Shown here in pieces: positions 36,501 through 42,532 of a stretch of 42,532 nt of DNA. A program made the translations under genes and the position numbers. Under the pieces are notes generated by a model. It saw only the letters and a program-made list of their open reading frames with translations, made no database searches and was not told the DNA's origin. Each line of letters starts with the position of its first letter. The stretch's first letter is position 1. This DNA is from Ginsengibacter sp. GTDB taxonomy: Bacteria; Bacteroidota; Bacteroidia; Chitinophagales; Chitinophagaceae. The stretch lies in NCBI GenBank assembly GCA_040006135.1, contig JBDTXP010000001.1, positions 1 to 42,532 on the forward strand. Reading direction: 5' to 3'.

Positions 36501-38670
36501 CACAAACAATACCGTTTATTATTGGCGTGTTGCTCTTAAACCAACTTCAGGTTTGCCGGCAGATTATCATTGGAATAATGCATCATTTTTGTATTTATCA
36601 AATAGTACTTCAGGTTTTAACCAAAGTCACTATTTTCAACATCTGTATTCTGACACAGTGGATATAAAACTAGACAGTAGTCGTAAATGGAAATATAGTA
36701 CCGTTACCAATATTTTAGAAGCTAAGAATGGAGTATTTCCTTCTGCTGCAAGTACTGCTTCCGACTACTCTGCTTTTGTAAATGGATCTGAATTTGTAAA
36801 AAGTGTTTGCGGAATTTCGGGCATTATTTTTAGCGTGCTCGACCCTATTACATTAAAACCATGGTATAATACAGTCGGACCTACAGGCAGCTTTGGCAGT
36901 GACCAGGTATGTGGTTATGATCGGCTTGCGAGTTTTCAATATAATATTTTAGATCCTGTAAAAAGGGCCGCCGCTATGCGTTTCCTTAGGGATTCGGTGC
37001 CTGATAATTTTATAGTTATGGTAAGAAATATTTCAGGAACTAATCCTTCCTCCAATTCTTATGCATCAGATTGGCTGGCCGATACTGCGACGCTTGGTAC
37101 CGGCAATTCGCTTTACTACGCATTGCGCTCACAAGGTTTTGCCACAATAGATTCTTTTAACCGGCCTCGCTCATTTATTTTTATGTATCAAAAAAATAAT
37201 GCTGAATTTCTACCTCAGGCAATTTTCTCTGAAGGAACTTTAGATAAGATATTGCTTACGCATACCATAGTAACACCAGATACTTTAGGATTAATCACAT
37301 CTCCTGTTTTTGGGCCAGTGAAACAATGGAAAGAAATGCATTGGCGAGGTACAAGCGAGGAAAATCCAAGTGCAGATAACCCTAAGGTAGATATAATTGG
37401 TGTTGATAATTCTGGAAATAAGAGTACTCTTTTAACGGTAGATAAAACACAACAGGATATTGATATAAGTACAATAAATGCGACACAGTATCCATACATA
37501 CAGTTAAAAATGCATAATTTAGATAGTGTCACACTTACACCATACCAACTTTCGTATTGGAGGCTGAATGCAGTGGCGGCGCCTGAAGGAGCATTAGCAC
37601 CTAATATTTTTATTTCAGGAAAAGATACCCTTCAACAGGGTGAGGTATATAATTTTGGTATAGCATTTAAAAACATAAGTGTTCCTTCATTTGATAGTGT
37701 GCTAATTAAATTAACGATAATAGATAATAATAATGTTACACATCTAATTTCATTACCTAAACAAAAACCACTGGTAAGCGGAGATACTATTTTATTTAAA
37801 TATAATCTTGATACAAAAGCTTATCCTGGAAATAATACAATTTTTGTTGATTTTAATCCGAACAACAACCAACCAGAGTTGTATCATTATAACAACTTTC
37901 TCTATAAAAACTTTTTTATAAAACCCGATAATTTTAATCCGCTTTTGGATGTAACTTTTGATGGTGTGCATATTCTCAACCAGGATATCGTTTCTTCCAG
38001 GCCGCACATCGTAATTAAATTGAAAGATGAAAGTAAGTTTCTTTCGCTCAGTGATACATCCCTGGTGAAAGTACAACTTCGTTATCCTGATGGATCTTTA
38101 AGAACAATTGCTTTTGATAACGATACGCTTCGCTTCACGCCCGCAAATCTTTCGCAGGGTGATAATACAGCTACAATAGAATTCTCGCCAATATTAACCG
38201 GAAGCGACGAAGATGATAATAATTATGAATTAATTGTTTCAGGTAAAGATGTGATCGGTAATACAGCAGGACAGCTGGATTATCATATTAGTTTCAGAGT
38301 ATTTAGTAAGCCAATGATCAGCAACCTGATGAATTATCCTAATCCGTTCACAACCCAAACTGCATTCGTGTTTACCATCACTGGTTTTGAGATTCCACAA
38401 AACATTAGAATACAGATATTAACAATAACAGGCAAGGTTATCAGAGAGATAACTACGAATGAACTTGGCCCATTGCACATTGGCAGAAACATTACAGACT
38501 TTAAATGGGATGGAGCGGACATGTATGGCCAAAAAGTGGCAAACGGAGTATACCTGTATAGAGTGCTTACTAATCTTAATGGTAAGTCTATGGATAAGTT
38601 TAAAGACAAAGGTGATAATACAGATACGTACTTCACCAAAGGGTATGGAAAAATGTATTTCATGAGGTAA
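33598..38670 (+). CDS. C25 (gingipain-family) cysteine peptidase, PorU2-like, with T9SS type-A CTD
   Basis: DGIYRI, YIEFWG, YLIIS, YLFLIGK, PVGRL, catalytic YFGHS and SGC, LHGDPA; C-terminal NYPNPF...WDG...ANGVYLY. Confidence 0.88.
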   Translation: MKKFLLPVLVFFTAAGFSQPATNSWINYSNTYYKFYVAKDGIYRIGQSTLNTAGLGGIPAEQFQLWHNGEEQTIYTSVASGILGSSDYIEFWGVMNDGKMDKKLYRDPDFQLSDHYSLQTDTAAFYLTVNTASANRRYINALNDVSNNVLAPEPWFINTRGVYFNTRINPGFAIPAGGVYVFSSSYDKGEGWTSHDISPGHDYTFQMDSLFVNTSGPSASVKFAVAGTALNGRNVQVKFNNTTIDDEPMPYFNYLKKQVDNIPLSLIINPAWARFTFADISSVTTDRYVISFLEFTYPSQWNFNKEKYFYFHLPASNTGNFLVINNFDNNGVAPTLLDISNNRRYVGDITSTPGKIKFALPPSSIVDREFRLVSQASNAISTIPSLQKRNFTNFSITSNQGNYLIISNKSLYNSTTGANNVDAYRQYRSSSAGGGFNAKVIDIDELVDQFAYGIKKHPSAIKDFVKFSKSNFSIAPSYLFLIGKGVTYDEYVTNGKSPFADKLNLVPTFGYPASDVLLASPYGSIVPSIPVGRLSVVTGDEVGKYLNKIKEYELAQTSAQTIANKLWMKNIVQIVGGKDSDENNLFRQYMFGYKNILEDTLYGGHVELFSKTSNSAVQLISGQRIEQLFSEGISLLSYFGHSSANTLEFNLSDPSAYNNPGKYPFFLVSGCTAGNNYIFDTLRLLQNILSISENFVLANQRGSIAFLASTHYGIPPFLDEYNTHLYNNLSGKNYGAPIGDDIRNTIKELNGDVADVYYYTRTDLEEMALHGDPAIKINPHPKPDYVIEEPLIKINPAFISISQEKFTLDAKTYNIGKAISDSISFEVKRVYPNGTSEILLHKRIKAPYYADSIHLEIPIISTRDKGLNKIVVTIDADNEVSEESESNNSFTKEVYIYEDEARPSYPADFSIINVANQKLYASTANALSTAKDYVLEIDTTLLFNSPIKVNRSLNSTGGILEFDPGITYTNNTVYYWRVALKPTSGLPADYHWNNASFLYLSNSTSGFNQSHYFQHLYSDTVDIKLDSSRKWKYSTVTNILEAKNGVFPSAASTASDYSAFVNGSEFVKSVCGISGIIFSVLDPITLKPWYNTVGPTGSFGSDQVCGYDRLASFQYNILDPVKRAAAMRFLRDSVPDNFIVMVRNISGTNPSSNSYASDWLADTATLGTGNSLYYALRSQGFATIDSFNRPRSFIFMYQKNNAEFLPQAIFSEGTLDKILLTHTIVTPDTLGLITSPVFGPVKQWKEMHWRGTSEENPSADNPKVDIIGVDNSGNKSTLLTVDKTQQDIDISTINATQYPYIQLKMHNLDSVTLTPYQLSYWRLNAVAAPEGALAPNIFISGKDTLQQGEVYNFGIAFKNISVPSFDSVLIKLTIIDNNNVTHLISLPKQKPLVSGDTILFKYNLDTKAYPGNNTIFVDFNPNNNQPELYHYNNFLYKNFFIKPDNFNPLLDVTFDGVHILNQDIVSSRPHIVIKLKDESKFLSLSDTSLVKVQLRYPDGSLRTIAFDNDTLRFTPANLSQGDNTATIEFSPILTGSDEDDNNYELIVSGKDVIGNTAGQLDYHISFRVFSKPMISNLMNYPNPFTTQTAFVFTITGFEIPQNIRIQILTITGKVIREITTNELGPLHIGRNITDFKWDGADMYGQKVANGVYLYRVLTNLNGKSMDKFKDKGDNTDTYFTKGYGKMYFMR

Positions 38671-38692
38671 GTATATTATTATAAAATTTCCC

Positions 38693-38728
38693 AAGGGCCC
38701 TTTTTTTAAAACAAAGGGCCCTTTTTTT
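38693..38728 (+). terminator. Intrinsic terminator after the C25 gene
   Basis: AAGGGCCCTTT...AAAGGGCCCTT followed by a T-run. Confidence 0.75.
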
Positions 38729-38819
38729 ATTTTGAAAAAAATAAATTAGACTTTTTAGGATTTGATCATTTTAAAAAATTACAAACTATATAAAATCTCC
38801 ATTCAATAACTTAGCAATT

Positions 38820-39797
38820 ATGGAAGATGAAATATATGATGTTATTATTATTGGCGGCGGCCCGATCGGCCTGGCATGCGCAATAGAAGCAAAAAAAGCA
38901 TCGCTTAAATATTGCATTTTAGAAAAAGGAGCATTGGTGAATTCGATATTTCATTACCCGGTAAATATGGCCTTCTTCAGCACTAGTGAAAAATTGGAAA
39001 TTGGTGGTGTACCCTTTGTAAGTAATAATGTGAAACCCGTAAGAAATGAAGCACTGGAATATTATCGTCGTATCGTGACAACATTCGACCTTAATCTACA
39101 CCTGTTTGAAAAAGTGTTGGAAATAAAAAAAATACAGGAGACTTTTAAAATTACTACGACTATAAAAAAATATTCTTCAAAAAATATTATTGTGGCAACA
39201 GGCTTCTACGATATCCCCTATTTATTAAATGTAACAGGCGAGGATCTTCCGAAAGTGAAACACTATTACGATAATCCTCATTATTATGCATTCCAAAAAG
39301 TGTTGGTGGTCGGGGCAGCAAACAGCGCCATAGATGCTGCATTGGAAACCTGGCGCAAAGGTGCAACTGTAACGATGGTAATAAAAGGAGATAAAATTAG
39401 TGAGCGTGTAAAATATTGGGTACGCCCTGATATTGAAAACCGAATAGCTGAAGGTTCAATAAAAGCATACTATCATTCTACTGTAAATGAAATACGAAAA
39501 CATGAGGTAGATATTAAAACGAAAAACGGGATAGTGACCATTGAAAATGATTGGGTATTAGCAATGACCGGATATCAACCTAATATAAATTTTCTACGTG
39601 AGCTTGGCATAGAACTTTCCAAAGATGAAGTTTGCAAGCCAACATATAAGGAAGATACTTTTGAAACTAATGTGCCAGGAATATATCTTGCTGGTGTCAT
39701 ATGTGGAGGCATGAATACACACAGGCTGTTCATTGAAAACAGCCGGGAGCAGGCCCCAAAAATTATCAACGATATCCTTCACAAGATTAATTCCTAA
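38820..39797 (+). CDS. ypdA: YpdA-family putative bacillithiol disulfide reductase
   Basis: GGGPIGLACA, EKGALVNS, FFSTSEKLEIG, EALEYYR, VKYWVRPDIENRI, FIENSR. Confidence 0.92.
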   Translation: MEDEIYDVIIIGGGPIGLACAIEAKKASLKYCILEKGALVNSIFHYPVNMAFFSTSEKLEIGGVPFVSNNVKPVRNEALEYYRRIVTTFDLNLHLFEKVLEIKKIQETFKITTTIKKYSSKNIIVATGFYDIPYLLNVTGEDLPKVKHYYDNPHYYAFQKVLVVGAANSAIDAALETWRKGATVTMVIKGDKISERVKYWVRPDIENRIAEGSIKAYYHSTVNEIRKHEVDIKTKNGIVTIENDWVLAMTGYQPNINFLRELGIELSKDEVCKPTYKEDTFETNVPGIYLAGVICGGMNTHRLFIENSREQAPKIINDILHKINS

Positions 39798-40087
39798 TTT
39801 AATTTCTCTTTAATGCGCCGCATTATATTTTTGTATTTGCGTTCATTAATTACATAGGTGAAATGTGTAGATAAAAAACCTGATAATAATGAAGCGGCAA
39901 TAATTATATAAATAAGTTTGGGGCCACCTGTTTCCCAGAGATTTGTAAATAGCTTAGTGAGAAAAAAAATGCATAAAAAAGAAACTACCCCCCAGGCTAA
40001 AGTAAATAACAAATAAAATTTCCAACGTGGTCCGCTTTTTTGGTCAGTCCAGTTATCAATAAAATGTCTTTCAGAATTTGTGATCAT
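39794..40087 (-). CDS. Small hypothetical membrane protein (2 TM)
   Basis: Two hydrophobic segments; 15 nt after the E1 gene; stop overlaps the ypdA stop. Confidence 0.7.
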   Translation of the reverse strand: MITNSERHFIDNWTDQKSGPRWKFYLLFTLAWGVVSFLCIFFLTKLFTNLWETGGPKLIYIIIAASLLSGFLSTHFTYVINERKYKNIMRRIKEKLN

Positions 40088-40102
40088 CCTTATAAGTTTT
40101 CT

Positions 40103-42493
40103 TTATTCAGCCATAATATCTAAAATGGCCTGGATAATATCTTCCCTGTTTGGTTTACTATAATAATCGCCATCACTTCCGTAAGATGGCCTATGGGCCT
40201 TTCCAGTCAACGTTCTTGGTGAAGCATCAAGCCAACGATAACCACCTTGCTTCTCCAATACCTGATTGAACATGAAAGCGCTTGCTCCACCAGGCACATC
40301 TTCATCAATAAAAATTATCCTGTTTGTTTTCTTTAATGAATCAAGTATAGATGAATGAATATCGAAAGGCAATAATGTCTGTACATCTACAATTTCACAG
40401 TTCACATTTTTTTGTGCTAAAAAATTCGCAGCTTCACTTATTATTCTCAAAATACTACCGTAAGAAACGATCGTCACATCATTGCCTTCCCTGATTATAT
40501 GCGGCACACCAAGTGGCACACGAAATTCAAGCAAGTTAGATGGCAGCTTTTCCTTAAGCCTATATCCGTTTAAACATTCAATTACTAAAGCAGGATCGTT
40601 GGACGCGAGAAGCGTATTATACATACCTACAGCCTGCGTCATATTCCTGGGCACACATACATACATGCCACGCAATGCATTAATAATCATTCCCATAGGT
40701 GAGCCGCTATGCCATATACCTTCCAAACGATGACCACGTGTGCGCACAATTAACGGAACACTCTGCCTACCGTTAGTACGAAAATGTGTAGTACAGGCAT
40801 CATCACTTAATGGCTGCAGGCCAAATAATAAATAGTCCAGGTATTGTATTTCAGCTATTGGTCTGAGGCCGCGAAGTGCAAGCCCTATGCCTTGCCCCAT
40901 AATCGTAAGTTCTCTGATACCTGTATCAAAAATTCTTTCTTTTCCAAATTTTTCCTGCAAGCCATTAAATCCCTGGTTCACATCACCTATTTGCCCAAGA
41001 TCTTCACCAAATGCTAATACTTTTTCATTCGATGCAAATAACTTACTAAAATAATTATTCAAAACTTCAAATCCATTTACCTCAATACTTTCATCTGAAT
41101 ATTCCTCATTTACACCATCAATATTCAATGCGGATTTTGGTCCTTCATTATATAAATATCTATCATAAAGAGTTCGATTCTGTTGAGTAAGTTGATTATA
41201 GTACGCTTCGACATCTTCCAGACCTTTGTTTTTATTTTTAAATAAAACAGTAGCAAGTGATCTCATGATATCCTTACGCATTGGCTCCCGCAAACTTTTT
41301 AGTTCAGAGATAACCTCCTTTATATTTATATCATTTTCATTTTTTGAAACATAGGTTTTTAATAACTCAAGCGCCCTATTTACCTCTTCGATTATTGGTT
41401 GTGAATACTTTTGCCACGCTTTTTGTTTACTCTCTTTTACAAAAATTTTTGCGCTTGCTTCTATCTCGTCTAATTCATTTTCATCTGCAAGGCCATTGGC
41501 TGTAATCCATAACTGCATTTGATTTTTGCCATCCCATTCCTTTTCCCAGGCAATTCTTTCAGCACTCTTATACCGTTCATGGCTTCCTGATGTAGAATGC
41601 CCTTGTGGCTGAGTAAGTTCTTCAATATGAAAAAGTGCAGGCACATGTGTCTGCCTTATATTTTCAATTGCACCTTCCATTACCTCACACATACCTGCAT
41701 AATCCCATCCTTTCAATTTATAAATATTGATACCGTTAGTTCCCTCACTTTTTTGCAACCCGCTAAGCGCCTCAGATATTGAAGATTTCGTTGTTTGATA
41801 TTTTTTTGGCACTGAGATTCCATAGCCATCATCGTACACAAAAACAGCTAAAGGCACCTGTAAAACACCTGCTGCATTCATTGTTTCCCAAAAGTGTCCT
41901 TCTGAAGTGGAAGCGTCTCCAATCGTACAAAAACAAACTTCATTTCCATTATCACTCAATTGTTGAAACTGCTCTAATTCTTTCACCTGCCTGAAAGCTT
42001 TTGATGCATACGCAATACCAAGTGCCCGGGGCATTTGTCCCGAAGTGGGCGCAATATCAGCTGAAACATTTTTTAGTTGTGCTAAAGAAAGCCAATCCCC
42101 ATTTTGATCAACAAATGGTGTTGCGAAATGCGCGTTCATTTGCCTGCCTGCGCTGAATGGATCATTTTCAATATCAGGATCAGCATAGAGTTGGGCAAAA
42201 AATTGTTCAACAGTCGCGAGTCCTGCAGCAAACATAAATGTTTGATCCCGATAATATCCAGAGCGAAAGTCACCAGGCTTGAAAAATTTGGCCATCGCCA
42301 CCTGAGGAACTTCTTTGCCATCTCCAAATATTCCAAATTTTGCTTTCCCTGTCAGTACTTCTTTTCGTGCAAGCAGGCTTGTCTCACGGCTTACGCAAAT
42401 AGTATAATAATCTTTCATGACCTGCTGGCGGAAGTTGTCAAAAGAAAGTTCCGAAAGAGCAGTTTCCTGTTCATTTAAAGCATCGTTAATCAT
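40103..42493 (-). CDS. Fused 2-oxoacid (2-oxoisovalerate-type) dehydrogenase E1 alpha/beta
   Basis: YYRD, TPP motif GDASTSEG, GHSTSG, FGEDLG, DTGIRE, AEIQYLDY, transketolase C-terminal domain. Confidence 0.93.
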   Translation of the reverse strand: MINDALNEQETALSELSFDNFRQQVMKDYYTICVSRETSLLARKEVLTGKAKFGIFGDGKEVPQVAMAKFFKPGDFRSGYYRDQTFMFAAGLATVEQFFAQLYADPDIENDPFSAGRQMNAHFATPFVDQNGDWLSLAQLKNVSADIAPTSGQMPRALGIAYASKAFRQVKELEQFQQLSDNGNEVCFCTIGDASTSEGHFWETMNAAGVLQVPLAVFVYDDGYGISVPKKYQTTKSSISEALSGLQKSEGTNGINIYKLKGWDYAGMCEVMEGAIENIRQTHVPALFHIEELTQPQGHSTSGSHERYKSAERIAWEKEWDGKNQMQLWITANGLADENELDEIEASAKIFVKESKQKAWQKYSQPIIEEVNRALELLKTYVSKNENDINIKEVISELKSLREPMRKDIMRSLATVLFKNKNKGLEDVEAYYNQLTQQNRTLYDRYLYNEGPKSALNIDGVNEEYSDESIEVNGFEVLNNYFSKLFASNEKVLAFGEDLGQIGDVNQGFNGLQEKFGKERIFDTGIRELTIMGQGIGLALRGLRPIAEIQYLDYLLFGLQPLSDDACTTHFRTNGRQSVPLIVRTRGHRLEGIWHSGSPMGMIINALRGMYVCVPRNMTQAVGMYNTLLASNDPALVIECLNGYRLKEKLPSNLLEFRVPLGVPHIIREGNDVTIVSYGSILRIISEAANFLAQKNVNCEIVDVQTLLPFDIHSSILDSLKKTNRIIFIDEDVPGGASAFMFNQVLEKQGGYRWLDASPRTLTGKAHRPSYGSDGDYYSKPNREDIIQAILDIMAE

Positions 42494-42497
42494 TTTG

Positions 42498-42505
42498 CAA
42501 AAATA
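42498..42505 (-). promoter_or_regulatory. -7 promoter element for the E1 gene
   Basis: TATTTTTG on the minus strand, 4 nt before ATG 42493. Confidence 0.6.
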
Positions 42506-42532
42506 TCGATTAATGATGAATGTTAAAAAATG

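Overview
AT-rich Bacteroidota chromosome segment (gene content, T9SS cargo and TAnnTTTG promoters suggest Chitinophagaceae; this is inference). It is mostly housekeeping: guaB, an Lnb/DUF4105 protein, sucD, thyA-folA-methyltransferase-pntAA/pntAB/pntB, trmD, hslR, rpsP, ffh, tRNA-Gln(TTG), divergent cphA/cphB, tyrS, ypdA and a fused 2-oxoacid dehydrogenase E1. It also has several T9SS-related genes (PKD protein with type-B CTD, SapM-like phosphatase with type-A CTD, PorV2/PorU2-like pair) and one MNT-HEPN toxin-antitoxin pair. I found no CRISPR array, integrase, transposase or prophage, and no clearly new multi-gene system. The most unexplained signals are non-coding: a tandem palindromic operator straddling the promoter of an uncharacterised secreted coiled-coil protein; apparently leaderless housekeeping genes; an unlisted 59-codon ORF plus hairpins before rnk; a REP-like doublet; a 62-nt hairpin; 9-bp periodic repeats flanking tyrS; and two sigma54-like promoters.
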